64,000 bases of DNA, taken from positions 20,090,001-20,154,000 of the forward strand of contig CM052817.1 in assembly GCA_028534125.1 (NCBI GenBank), written 5' to 3'. Positions 11,443-25,684 of this stretch are shown in pieces (the first letter of the stretch is position 1; each line of letters begins with the position of its first letter). The DNA is from Lama glama. Taxonomy: Eukaryota. The translations under genes and the position numbers were made by a program. The notes under the pieces are model-generated. The model was not told where the DNA came from. It ran no database searches and saw only the letters and a program-made list of their open reading frames with translations.

Positions 11443-14400
11443 GACTTAATTTCATGAAACAAGGCAAGTGGTGAAATAAAAGCTGTTTTAATCCTTAAGG
11501 ATTTTCATGGTGTGAATGAGAACAAACTTGATTTTTTTTTCACACCTGCATTGTAGTCATGGGGCATTAACATGCATAGAATTTGAAGAATTAGAAGAAA
11601 ATAATTTTGAAAGGAGCACATCTTTGAAATAAATCTCCATGATTTCATCTATGGAAGCAGTTTCTTTTCTCTCTTTCTCTCGCTTTAACTACATTAACCT
11701 CAATTTATTTTTTGTGTGCTCTCAGCTTTTTAAAAAAAAAATCAAATAATAGCAATTTGATAGTGTTTGTAATTTAACCAATAAAAATATTAACATAACC
11801 AATTCTCTTCAGCACATGTGAAATAAGAAAATAGTGCTTATTATTTAAATATGTTAGAACTTTACCATCTGGAATTTCAACATTATGAAAATGACTAACC
11901 AAATTCCCTTCATTCTTTGCAGAAATTTACAGTAATAAGATCATATACTAACATTTTTACAACTTACAATTTTCTTGAGATTTTGAATGGATAAATAATT
12001 GAGAGGACCTGTGCTACTTGTGACTTAATTTTTAAGAATTTAAGATAAGTTAAAAAAAGTAATATGGTAATATGGAAATTCAACTTTTATCCACTTATCC
12101 TCCATAATTTATAAAAATTCTTAATTCTATCTCTTTTCTTCTGCTTCTATCATTAAAATCATTGTTTTTTAAAATAGTTTTTATATCCAAGGTCTGCCAC
12201 TTCTTATTTCTAAATCATTCACATTGCTTATGTCATAATTAGAATAAAACAACATAAATCTCCCTGTCGAAGCTTTGTAGAAGTAGTTAATAGGGTTCAC
12301 TACTTTTTTGTTGTTGTGTATCTCATATATCATACGCATTGTGTTGAGAATTGGAGTTTTATCATTTACTATTTGTTTGTTTTGTAGTGGCTAGTGAACA
12401 GGAACTATAATAGGATTTAATAATTGGTTATTCAGCTAATAAAATGACCTGGATCAATGCAAATCATGATATCCAAATCTTATACATAGCAATGAAATAT
12501 AAAACTATATTAGCAACTTCAAAAAATAGCTAAAATGTAATTATTTAAATCTCTGTGGCAAATGCATCATTTTTTGGTAATAGAAGAATTAGTAATTACA
12601 GATTTATTAAATATCATTAAATTAGCAAACAACCAAATGTTAGAAAATATAATTTAAGCCCAGGTACTTTACAAAATTACAGATTGTGAATTGACATCCA
12701 ATACATACATTTTGTTCTCTTACCTTCAGCATGTCACACTCTCCTGGAAATCTATCCAAAAATGCCATCTCTTGTTAAGATGGATGTTTAAAGAAAAAAA
12801 AATGGATAAACATTAACTAAGTATTGTTCTTTACTTTTCCAGTAGGGCCATGATAACAAATCAACTATCATGACTAGAAAGCAACACATTAACTTACGAA
12901 TAAGTAACAACCTAGTTATCCATCTGGGTATTGAATATCGTAATGATGAATATCATGAAGACTTACGTTAATGCTAATCACCCATTCTCTCAACAAACAC
13001 CTTCTTTACTGTCTGCTCTGCACAAGGCATAGTGATTGATCTTTTCCTTTTTTGCGCTTAATTAGCTTTAGTATATGAAAGTACTCAATCTTCATAGAAA
13101 CTATATTTTGAATGCACTATATTTTTGAAACAAGATAAAATTTAGATTATAAAATACTTATTACATTATTTAATAATGAGTCAGTTTGCTTTCTTGAAAA
13201 TTAAGCATTATCACATGTGATAGTTATGTATAAAGTCTCTGGCTTAAGCCAATAGAGGGTGGTATTTTATTCATTCTATCAGTATTATTTCCATAATTTT
13301 AAGAACTTCTTAAATTTATTGTATATACATTTCAGTGTTTCATTGTAATGTTTTTGAAAGTACAATGTACATTTTTAGTAAGTATATTACTTTTCTACTA
13401 AGGTCTCATATAATGGGAAAGATGTCCTACCGTGATGTAACAAAGGTTATAATTAGAACAACTATTTTATAAATCATTTAAAAGCATTTTGTCAAAACAT
13501 AAAAAGAAAGTATTTTAAAGACAGGAAGTTCTCCTGTTAAAATGTTCATAGATAGTATCACCTTAAACCTCAGTTTATTGATGAGCTCTAATGACTTGCT
13601 GAAATTTTATGTTCCCCATATGTATCATTATCTTATAAAGTTATTATTTTCAAAGTTCATAATTTAGTTATCTAACCTGACGTGTTTCATTTATTTATAC
13701 TCAGTGAGATGTATTATGTAAAAACACTGTGCTGAGTAGATTTTTAAGTTACTTAAACATACGTAAAAATGGCTTTTGCTTTTAATATGTTCAAAGACTA
13801 GTAACAACCATATATACATATCAGGCTGTATATATATCAGACAAATAATATATAGATATAAAATTAGTGAAACTGTTTTTTATTGTCCTTAGAAATTTTC
13901 ATAGTGAAAAATTTTGTCTTTTTAACTAATGAATACTCAGTATTGAATATCTTCAACAATGAATTATTCCAGTTGAGGGTAATTATATCTAAACCCATAT
14001 GATATCTGAATCAGATATATCTGTCTAGATGCCACATACCAGTGTTTTAGAATTTCACTATGTTGATCATGGCCTAAAGTGAAACAAAGCCATTAAAAAT
14101 CTGTTTCTATTATCTGAAGACAGTTTAAAGGTCCTTGAGAAAATTGAGTAGAGTGTTCTGAATATAAATTTAAGCTACACACTCTTCCTAAATTTCTTAT
14201 TTCAAAATGACCCTAAGCAATGACTTCCAGTCAGAGAGAAAAAAAAAAAGTCTTCTCTTCACACAGCCATTTAATTAAAAAAATGTCACAAGTACCTAAA
14301 TGCATAGTTAAAAATGAACATTTTGGATATCTTTGTAATACTTCAAAATCTACAATTGAAAAAATTTGAACCAGTTAATTCTATTACATATATCCAACCA

Positions 14401-14738
14401 AATCTTACATTAAAATAAGAAAAACATATTGCCCACATATTTAAGGAAGTCTATGTTCTTTGTCATTGTTTGTATCTTTAATTTAACATATTACATTGGC
14501 TAGAAATGTAAAATAAAGGATATTTTATTAGAAGTGAAAAGTGATAAATAGAAATAAATGGATTTCCATTTTTGAAGATGATGTAAAGTGAAGCTGTCAA
14601 ATAATCAAAAATCAAAAATCAAAGTGGATACTTAATCTTCAAATATAAAAACAAATATATAAACCATGAATAAAGAACTGAGGTTATTGTATATGAAAGT
14701 TTTCAAATTGTGGATTGGGGTCTTTGACATAGATAAGG

Positions 14739-15040
14739 CTTCACTTACCTTATAACAGTCACTAGCCATGTGTGAATACTGAACGTTTAGAATGTGTCTG
14801 GTCTGAATTGAGATGCATTTTAAATATAAAATATATACTTGAATTTCAAACAATTATGCAGAAAATGTAAATATATTATTCATAACTCCATACTGATTAT
14901 ATATTTAATCAATGATTTAATTATATTTTTCTTAAACTGTTATTAAATTAATTTAACTTTTTTTTACTTTTAACAATGTGGCTACCAGAAAATTTAAAAT
15001 TGCATATGTAGTTCACAGTGTATTCCACAGGATAGTGCTG
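14739..15040 (-). mobile_element. MER33-like hAT-Charlie non-autonomous DNA transposon
   Basis: 'cactagccatgtgtg...ctgaattgagatgc...aatgtggctaccagaaaatttaaaattgcatatgt...gatagtgctg' follows the MER33 reverse complement over about 300 bp. Confidence 0.85.
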
Positions 15041-15179
15041 TTCAAAATGTTACTTATTGATCAGTTTACATGAAAACTTATAGAAATTTCCTTTCAATAT
15101 ATGTAAAATCAAGAATGCTAGATTGTATTGTTATAGTATATAATAAAGCATACTGTAATGTAAGAGCAAGTAATCAACA

Positions 15180-15888
15180 TGGAGAGTTCTTAAGAAACTA
15201 AAAATAGACTTACCATATGATCTAGCAATCCCACATCTGGGCATATATCCAGAGGAAACTCTAATTCAAAAAGATACATGCACCCCAATGTTCATAGCAG
15301 CACTATTTACAATACAAAGACATGGAAGTAATCTAAATGTCCATCGACAGATGACTGGATAAAGAAGTTGTGGTATATTTATGCAATGGAATACTACTCA
15401 GCCATAAAAAAGAATAAAATAATGCTATTTGCAGCAACATGGATGCACCTGGAGAATGTCATTCTAAGTGAAGTAAGCCAGAAAAAGAAAGAAAAATACC
15501 ATATCACTTACACTTGGTATCTTAAAAAAAAAAAAGACACAAATGAACTTACAAAACAGAAACAGACCCACAGACATGGAAAACAAACTTATGGTTACCA
15601 GGAGTAAGGGAGAGTGTGGAGGGATAACCTGGGGTTTCAGGATTTGCAGATACTAACTACTATTATAAAATAGATAAACAATGAGATTCTACTGTATAGC
15701 ACAAGGAACTTTATTCAATATCTTTTAATAACCCATAATGAAAAAGAATATGGAAAAGAATATATATATGTATTTTATATATATGTATATATTCATATAT
15801 AGTTTCAGATAACTGAAACATTATGCTTTACACTAGAAAGTAACACAACATTGTAAACTATCTATACTTCAAGAAAAAAAAGTTTTAA
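15180..15888 (+). mobile_element. 5'-truncated L1 (ORF2 C-terminus, 3'UTR, A tail), cetartiodactyl type
   Basis: ORF2 C-terminal peptide WYIYAMEYYSAIKKNKIMLFAATWMHLENVILSEVSQ, 3'UTR and A-rich tail. Degenerate TSD aagagcaagtaatcaaca (15162-15179) / aagatcatgtaatcatca (15889-15906), 15/18 identical. Confidence 0.95.
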
Positions 15889-17884
15889 AAGATCATGTAA
15901 TCATCACTGAAAGAAAAGAAAGAGTCAAAGCCAAACAATATAATGATCTTAGGCATTTCTTGAAGCCAAATTCAGGTACTTAAGTATATTTATAAAATGA
16001 GAGAAATAAGATTGTCCTATAAGAGATTTATGAAATCAACTATTCATTAATATGAGCTCAAATGTGTAGAATCACCTCAAAGAGACAAAATGGTTACCAG
16101 GACACCAAAAATGTTTGTAACCAGAATATAGGTACAAAATGCTAAAGAAAGACCAGGCTGATAAGAAGGTTGTAGACTGACAATGTAATACACAGAGAGC
16201 AAAGGACAGAGGCAAACATTGGGAATACTTATCTTGACCTCGTGCAGGGAAGTGTTCGGCACTTTAGGACAAAGTATCCAGTTGTTCTAATGGAAAATTA
16301 TGCCTATGTACATGGACATACCAGATTATCAGAATCTGATGTCTTTAAGTATTCTAATTACACAAAAATGCTTGGTTTATTTCTCATTCATCAAGCATCT
16401 TTTAGGTAATTTCTATTCCCAGTTAACTTGTCTATGACTAATAATGTGGTAGTTTTATATTTAGTTCATTGAACAGTGGTGTTGTTTCTCATTTTTAATG
16501 GATTTCTATTTTAGCTTGATCCATTGGTTTCTTTTTTTATTTTCAGCTTTATTGAGGTATACTATTTGTCTCCTTTACAAAAGAAAATTGGTGTAGCTGA
16601 GAGCCGTTAAATCTGAGGACCTGATAAACAGGAATACCTGGTTTTGAAAGTTCATTATTAGAGCCAGGATTTGAAAAAATATGTGCCTGGGTGGTCAGTA
16701 GATGCTCCCAGGCAGCATTCTCCAACTATAATGCTGAGTGCACCTCTTATTTGATGTTTTCAAAATACACAGAGTTTATAGTTTAACAGTACCCACATTA
16801 ATATATTCTTGTGATAGGTGATGCAATGGATACAAGTGTGTGTGCATATGTGTGAACATGAAGGAGAGGGAAAAACTCTTTCTATGATTAATTTCTCTGT
16901 GGTACTATAATTGAAGCCATAAAAACATGATGCTGGGAAGCTTTGGAATTAAGAACAGAAATGTTCCTCGTGTCACACATTCTCATTAGAAGCAAGGACA
17001 TATTTTTGAGACAAAGATATGTTGACACTAAGGCATGACCATTGTTATTATTTACCTAATTTATAATTATTTGTACAACTTATCTAACATTAAATAAAAT
17101 TATCTCAACCTTCCTATATTATCCCAAGAGCCCAAGTATAAAAAGAAGATAAATGGAGACAAAAATCTGTCATTGATAAAATACCAAGAGGAAAGATTCT
17201 GTTGCTTTCAGAACTATGATATAGTAAACTGTATTTTCTGCCATTGTTACTTAACATCAGTGCAATCATGATATTTCAGCTGTTTTCCAGTACCTTGTAC
17301 ATCAGCTTGTGAAAATAATAGTCGCTCCTGAGACTCAGTTGTAGGAAATTTTATGTCACGGAAGGTTGTTGCAGAGGGAGCCAAGATTCTAAGAAGCAGT
17401 AAAATTTTAGCTGACTTTTAGAGTGACTGCTTAGAAGGAAAAAGTTAAACAGTGATCGATGAGGAGTGTGAGATCCTAGGGGGATAAACATCTAACCAAA
17501 AAGGAACACAGAAATGGTTACTTTCAAATTCCTCATTTTAGGAGAAAAGATCCAGGAATGAATAATTTTATTATCTACATGCTTAATTTTCTTGTGTGAA
17601 TAAATTTAGCAGATTATCAGGATTTGAACAGGACTCAGAATGATACTGATATTTTTCCAAGATGTTTATTATAGCTCCACCTTGAAGCATTTGAGATAAT
17701 GGTTTCAGCTCTTTTGAGTGTATTTATGAATTTCCTATTTCCAGTGACTATAAAATGTAATTGAAAGACTTGTTTAAATGCCACTTCCAAATGGAGCATG
17801 ACAATATCACAGCACTACCTTATTTCGCTTTTGTTATTTCTCTCCCACTGGGAATTACTCATTTAATATACATGTTGTTTGAGA

Positions 17885-17990
17885 AACTGGTAAGCTTCAT
17901 GAGTCCATGAGGGCAGGAAGGATAGTTGTTTGGTCTTATTTCTGAGCTCAAAGTGGCTGGCAGGACTATTTCTTGATTAATAATTGACTA
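17885..17990 (+). mobile_element. L2 3' fragment
   Basis: 'taagcttcatgag...tccatgagggcagga' resembles the L2 block 'gtaagctccatgagggcaggga'. Confidence 0.55.
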
Positions 17991-19908
17991 ATACCCAGTT
18001 GATAATTTGGGTAATGTTTTGCCAAAAGTGTGAGGATATCAAGGTTTCATTTTTATTACAATGCAAGACAATTCACTATACACGTGTACAATATTCTCAA
18101 TCAAACCTATCCTGGTATAGCACCCGGAAGGACTCACCTACACGCCCACCATGGTTTGCGTAGACTTTTCTTAGTGAACACCATTCTTCCTTGGATTATC
18201 AGTGGTTAAGGACATATTTTATTTTAGGGATTGTAATCTGAATGCCCACAGGGAAAAAACAAGTGTTATAAATAATAAAACCAGACTTGAGTAATGATAG
18301 TCACAGTGTCACACTGGAAAGTCATCTAAAGAGAACAGGGACTACTTAACTCCAGCTAAGTGACAGTTTGAGAATCCATGCTCAGCACTGTCAAGACAAT
18401 TGTATCAGCTCATTTAATATTATGGAAGTTCCAAAAGTCATTATAAATATTTTACTTTTTTTTCAACATTATCTACATAGTATTAGGACAGCAAATGGAC
18501 CATAGCAAGCATTGCATTCATCTGTTTGGATTAGTTACAGCATGCAGTAAAAATAATATATTTTAAAAGATAAAATTGATCAAATTAAATAAATATGTAT
18601 TTATTTGTTAGTTTACTAATGCTTCTCTATACAAGATATTAGGTTATACTCATCATATAAATGTCAAAATAGTCTACTCTGAGAATAGTATCAGAAGTGT
18701 GCATGCTGTAACGTACATCCAGTTATATATTCAGTGAAGATTATTTCAAGATGTACTCCCATTTCCTCTTAAAATGTTATAGCATAAAATTCAGATAATA
18801 CAAGAGAATTTTACCTCCTCTACCCAGTCAAAGAGCCATTTCAAATACTGCAACCTAATAGTAATACTGAAAAAGTTGTTTTAATTCTAGAATTCATTAA
18901 ACTGTAGGTGAGGTACTCAAAAGCAAGTATGACATCTTATTTAGTCTCTCATTTTCTAGCGCTAAACCCTATGTTTGTAGCCTATTAGTATGTCCAATGA
19001 TGTCAATTAGTTAAAGAATAGTTAACAATTAAAAACAACTTTTCTAAAAACAAACCATATGCAGTTAATTTACTAACAATAACCTTAAATATAAGTTTCT
19101 GAGGTATTACAAAATAAATTCATATAGGTAAATGTGACAACCTTTCTCTTAGAAATACTTGGCTGAAACCCTCCAATAAGAGAATCCGGGATAGTTTTCC
19201 TTTTTAGACTCTGACCCATAACACACTCTCCTTTGCCCCGATTCCATATTTCCTTTCTCACCTAAGCCTCAGCCTTGCACTGGTCAGATCATGTCTCTTG
19301 GACACATGCTAACTGAGAGTGCTCCCTTTTGGTACTCACCTTTCTAAATTACACCACTTAAAGTAGTTATTCAGTTCTAATAATAAAATTACATGTGTGA
19401 CATCTCATACATTTCTTCGTGTTCCTTGTTAACCAATACACACACATTCTCTTTGTCGAAAGTCCATTCTAATGACAGTATGCTCGCTCCCAGGACGCTG
19501 TGATAGGTAACAAAAAAAAATCACCTTCGAAAACACTGGACTCCTAATCTTATATTTCATGCTCCCTTCTGCTGATTCTGAGTTCTCAGCTTGGCTCCCC
19601 AGCCTCCCTCCCTGTCCAGGGATGGGTAATAGGTAACACTCGTTAAGTTCCTGGGTCACCTTGGATGAATGAAAAAACATTGTTATCTTTTTGCACTTCA
19701 AACCTCTCATATCAACTACATAGTCCCTTAAAAATACATACAATATAATTAATTGACAATTCTTATTTACAAAAAAATGGGTCAAATAATGAAAACCTCT
19801 TTATTCTTCAGATGAAATAGGTAAAACAAACACATACACATGCACACAAACTCACAGAGCTATGATTAGTTTAATTCCAAACCCAAATAGCATTTGGACC
19901 ATTCCTTC

Positions 19909-19911
<3 letters not shown>

Positions 19912-19966
<55 letters not shown>
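19912..19966. repeat. Perfect (AT)n microsatellite, about 27 units
   Basis: Read directly. Confidence 0.98.
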
Positions 19967-19971
<5 letters not shown>

Positions 19972-20949
19972 TTTTTGAAACATTTGGTGATTTATGGGGT
20001 CACTAGAACCCAATATTTAAAATTGGGACTGCAATGAGAGAATAGATTGTAAATTTGTCATATGAGTAATTTGGAAACATTTGTTTATTTACTCTACACA
20101 ATCAGTAATATAACGTATAATAGGTATAAATAAGCATACTCTTTTTCAAAACTTTTAATATATACTTTCCTTATGCCTCTTATTTTGACATGCACTGTCA
20201 CTTGAAAATAGAAAACTAAATACTCTTGAAGAGGGACAAATCTTGTTACTTATTTACTACCTCATTATTTTACATTTCAGAAAAGAGAACCCATCTGAAT
20301 TTCACTGTGACTAATTTAATTAGACCAACACTGTAATTCTCAGTGTACATTCTACAATGTGTCTTTATTGTATTATATATTTTGGTCCTCTTGTCAGACA
20401 GAAATAAAAGGGAAATCTACATGCCTTGTACTTTTAAATTCTACTCTATCCTTTTGTCTATTTTCTTATTTTAGATTACGTGTAACTTGGCTTCTCCCTC
20501 AACCTTCCATTTTCCTAAACTACACAATGAAAACTTGATCCTTATCAAAATCACAGTTTATAACATGATTATATAGTGATAAAACATCTCTATTTTATCA
20601 TATTAAGGAAGAAAAAAGGCAATATACATTGATAAAAACTAGTCAAAAGGAATTAACCTCTGCTTTAATGTGCATGCTGTATAACAAAACAGCTCTGGAA
20701 AAATTTTTTTCTCCTGTACAATTTTTAATTTTATTTCCCACCACATATTCCATTCTTCTTTTCTGCAAGATCATTATTTTGCTTACATTATTTACTGATC
20801 ATCATTTTACCTATATTGCTTTCAATTGGATAAACTAATATAAAATTGGGATATTTTCACTCCATCATATAAACTAAATATGTTTGAAAAAATACTTGTC
20901 TCCCATCACTGAACTCATTCACCCAGTTCACCCCATGACTTACAGTAGA

Positions 20950-23490
20950 AAAGAATAAACACTGTTTATAACTTTGTGTAATTTGAATTAAATTTTAATG
21001 CTCTTCTAAAAGATGTTTTAAAATGTACACAATCCAATACAAAGATACATTTACCTTCTAACTCCTTGGATTTATACAGAGAGAGGATGCTACTATACAC
21101 ATTGTTCTAAACTTCGATTTTTGCATTTAGCAATTTATCTTGGCAACCTTCCCATTACAGCACATAAGTGCTTATTCTTCTTTTTCTTAATCTTTATAGT
21201 ATTCCATTATAGAGATTTACCATGATTTATTTATACAATTCTCTGTTGATGGACGTTTGTGTTTCTTCCAATAATTTCCAATAAGATAGACAATGATGCA
21301 TTGAGAAAATTGTATAAACAGTATTTTAAATATGTTCAATTATATATGTTATGAAATTTCCAGAATTTTAATTGTGAGACACAACAGTTTGTGAAGTTTT
21401 AGTTTAATAGATATGCCCAAATTGCTCTCCATATAGGAGACATGGTCCCATCAGTCATAAATGAGTAGACCTGTTAGTACAGAGTTTAATCAGATATTTA
21501 TCTGTTTGCCAATCTGATAGGTTGAAATGTGCTTTTTTAATATTCTTTTTATTTTAAAGTGATGGTGAGTATATTTTCATATACTTGAGAATCTCTATGA
21601 TGTGCCTTTTAATATCCTTGGCCAATTTTTCTACTGAGCTATTTTATTTAATTTGTAGGAGCTATTTATGTATTGGGAGAGTTAGTTTTTATTATATAAA
21701 TATTTAAATATTTCTCAGTTTGTAATTTTACCTTTAAATTTTGCTTATGGTATTTTGTGTCCTTCCCATTGTCTTTAAACTGTAGGTAGTTGAATAGATA
21801 TCAGCTTCTCCATTGTATCTTATGAATTTTGAAGGTTAGAAAGACTTTCAACATTCTGATATTGTAAAATAATAATAACATATCATTTTAAAATATTTTG
21901 TTGTTTTTTATCTTTAATCTTTGTAACATTTGAAAATCACATTAATGTGATATTTGGGTTATGAATCCAATTAGATTTCATTTCCAGAAAGTTACTGAAT
22001 TAAAAAAAAAATATTGAATACTCGTCTTTCTCTCACTGAACTGAGATGTCATTACTAGCATATATTTAATATTTATGACTATTTTTATGTCTATAAATCA
22101 ATTATTCATTTGCCTGGCATATGCCAATATTTTATTATTGTAATTACTAAAACTTGAAGATGCACTTTGCTTCTGGTAGAACAAGTCTTCCGAATTATTC
22201 TTATTAAGTTTTTTGGCTTTTTGCAGCATGTTTTCTTAGGGTGTTGATTCCCATATCCAATGTCTCACGTCAAAGTTGGTTTCCTGCATTTCTGAGATCA
22301 TCAGCAAGTTTCTTAATCAGTTTTATCAGCTAAAAAAAAATGAGAAAATAATACTACTTACCTTACAAGATGATGTTTATATTTAAGGGACTCAAATAAT
22401 GTCAGGTAAACACCACTCAACTGATAGCTCTATGATTATCGATTATTCCACAGGAATTATGCTATTACTTGTTCAGTTAAAATGTTACTATATTAAAGGG
22501 ATCATATTAATGAGATAGATATGCAGATCGAATTAAGGGACAGTGATATTTTTATGATATTAAATAGTACTACACAGGAACTTAATATTTGCTTCACTTT
22601 ATTCAAATATGTCCTTGGTTTGTCCAGAACATATATCCTCTAAATATGGAGCCAACGTACTTCCAAATAAGTTTACTCTAAAGCAATTTATATTTTGGGG
22701 GGTTCTTAATTCAAACAAGATTTTTTCTCCCATTGTCTCTTCTGATTGGTTAGTGTTTTGAAATACAAAATTATGAGATTTTGCATATTAATTTTTGTGC
22801 CCTTGCAGTATAGCTGTAATCTCTTACTTGAAGTGGGCTTCCAATTTACTCAGTTGGATTTTCCAGGTACAAAACCATAGTATCTGAAAATAGTGATTAT
22901 TTTACTTTCTTCCCATTGTTTACTTTTAATGGATTTCTTCTCTTCTACTGCCTTGATTAGGATGTCTTAGTTTAAATGCAAATAATAGAAATTATAGGGG
23001 CTTTCATGTTCCTCTTTCCCAGCTTTAGTGGAGACTTTTCTAGGATTTTTCAATTGAACATAATTCTGGCTTATGCTAAAATAACTATATTTGATTTTCC
23101 TAAGTTAAGTGAAGTTTGAATTTTAAAAGTGCCATTCTCAGCAACTATGGTAATTATCATGTTTTCATCATCTACATCTAATAATTTAAGGGACATTGTA
23201 AATTTTATCAATAGATTTCCTCATTTTGAAATATCAGTCCAACAAGCTTAATGGTTGTGTGCTTTTAATTGATTCTGTTTGCTAATATTTTACTTTAAAT
23301 CCTGCACTATTATTAATAAGTGACATCTCCCAATAGTTTTGTGTTGATTCAAAATTTTTAAATTTTGTGTAAGTTTAAAATAGTATTAATTAATGTTTCA
23401 TATATTTTTTTTCAGGTACTTCAAATAGAGTTAGGATGATTTTCTGTTAAATTGTGGTATAATTCTTCTATAAAATCATCTGGGCCAGAC
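20950..23490 (-). mobile_element. Ancient L1 (L1ME-like), 3'UTR and ORF2, heavily decayed
   Basis: Colinear antisense L1 blocks: 'tagtattccattat', 'tctgttgatggacgtttg', 'tttgccaatctgatagg', 'ggattttccaggtacaaaaccatagtatctgaaaatagtga', 'taaaatcatctgggcc'. Confidence 0.8.
22290..22440 (+). mobile_element. MIR fragment nested in the ancient L1
   Basis: 'gcaagtttcttaatcagttttatcagctaaaa...atgagaaaataatactactaccttacaagatgatgtt'-like MIR core in sense orientation. Confidence 0.6.
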
Positions 23491-24289
23491 ACTAAAAAGC
23501 ATTAAAAAACTATTAAAATGGAAAATGTGACTTAAAATGAAATAGTTAACCTCAACCTTCCAATATATGCATATCTATAGTTGGTTTTATTTTTTCTTTC
23601 ATTTTTTTCCCTGTGATGTTCTTGCCAAGGAAGTTTTATCTCATTTGTTTCTTCATATTTTAATTTGAGCCATTCCATTTGTATTTGAGGATTGTTTTTG
23701 TAGATGATGTACTACTTATTTATTTTTTTAGATAATTCTAGAAACTGGATTTTCTTGAACTTGCTCCTTACAGCTTTCTAGTGGGAAAAACTCAAGGAAA
23801 GACCAGAGTAGTGCTTTCAGAAAAGAAACAAACAAAAACTTTATTGTCTTAGGTAACTCAGAGACACCAGGTTTTAAAGAACAGAGGAAGATGTATCACA
23901 TGTGCACAAATCACATCATATAACTACAGCGGCAATGAACGTTGAGAAACATTTTCACCTTTGCTTTTCTGTAACAAACCACATGCAGAGGTGCTTTTGC
24001 CACCAACTCAGGTCACCTTGGTTTCCAAGCTTGTTGTTACAAATAAGGACTACAGTTGTTTCTTGTTGTTATTGGTTGTTTTTCACTTTGAATTTACTTT
24101 GAACTAAACTTCAATATTTTATTTTCACTTGCACTTAAATCACAGGGAAATTCCCCTGTATACTATCTATCATATTTAAATGTGTATTTAATTCTGTGAT
24201 TATTACTTGATAAATGACTTCTACATCAGGTTTTAAACTTTATGAGAAAAGAAAAAAGCAATCTATGTAACTTACGGACATCAGGGTGG

Positions 24290-24660
24290 GGGCAATGTTT
24301 AGAGATGACCCAATATGGGGAGTTAAGGAAGGCTTCACTAAGAAACAGTGTTTGACAAATGACAAGTTTCATGCTGCTTGTGCAGAAAATTCTAGAAAGA
24401 GTTACAATCAGATGGGAATGGGGAGGAAGACATATTTGAGGACTGGAAGAAAGTGAAACTTGTAGCAAAAAGATCAAGAAATGAGACTTTAGAGGCAAGC
24501 AAGCATTAGGTAATTAAGACTTTGTGTATTAAATTTTATATTTCCCCAAGTGTAACAGGTAAGTTTTTGGACTGTTCCAAGTAAGTGGTGTATGTTTTTT
24601 CAAATTGCCTTCTGGATAAAGGTAATTAGAAGGAGCACAAGAATCCCTGGGAGAGAAGTA
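24290..24660 (-). mobile_element. L2 fragment
   Basis: 'ggggagttaaggaaggcttcactaagaaacagtgtttga' is a typical antisense L2 block. Confidence 0.55.
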
Positions 24661-24989
24661 GGAAGAGGCCACGCACTCAGGGCTCTCAGGGCGCACACCA
24701 TCCTTCATTTTTCTAAAGATTGCCTGCTGAAATAGATGATGGTGGTCTCCTTAGAATAGACACTTTGTGTTCAATGCCAGCCTATGGTTAGTGCTCAATG
24801 AATATTACTTTGTCTATTGTTGCATTTGTATTCATTTTATTAGTATCTTTCCTTGTCCCCTATTTTCAAGTAAACATCAAGACTTAAATTTTGCCAAATC
24901 CATCCCCTTCAATCCTCGTACACAATTTTACTTCTTGTCCTTGTCATATAGGCATTCTGAGCTGTAGGGTCAGGAGCAAACAATTCTGA

Positions 24990-25081
24990 CTCTAACAAGT
25001 GCCCCTATCTCCTAATACCATCACCATGATGGTTAGGATTTTAACATATGAATTTGGGGTGGACACAGTTACTCTATAGCA
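24990..25081 (-). mobile_element. MaLR LTR 5' fragment (MLT1A/MST-like)
   Basis: 'cccctatctcctaataccatcaccatgatggttaggattttaacatatgaatttggggtggacaca...ctatagca' is the reverse complement of a MaLR 5' end. Confidence 0.8.
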
Positions 25082-25684
25082 CTTACCTACTTATTTGGGA
25101 CAGAAAAAAAATATAAGTACTTATGTCTCTCAAAAATAGTTCAAATCATGGTAATTCCATTAATCTAATAATTTAGTTTTGTTCTGTTTTTATTATATAT
25201 TTTGCCACTTTTAAACACATAACTGAATGTAATTTTTAATTCATTTAAATTCATTGTTCATTATCTGGTGTTTGTTTCTTTAGTAACTTTAAATTGGGGA
25301 TTGACAGAAACTTGGCTAGTGATTTTCAAACTGATCATAAAGATCCTACAATAATTTTATCATCTTTGGCTATAAATGTATAAGGCAATTTGCAATGACA
25401 TTTTATTTTGCTGATTTTTACTGTCACTTCACATAATGAGTTTATTTTAAATCAAGCCCAGGCAGCCTGGATATGATATGATTGAAATGTAACATGTGAA
25501 TTAAAAGTCTCTAAATGAATTATGGAAGAATAATTAGACATTAACAAAAAGTGACTGTATGGAAATTGAGAGTCATATCTGGGAGAATTAAAAGCAACAT
25601 TATTAAATATAAAAAGCCTTGAGAAATGGAATATAATTTAACTACCTTTCCAAATATCTGGAATAGAAAATATTATTTTACTCA

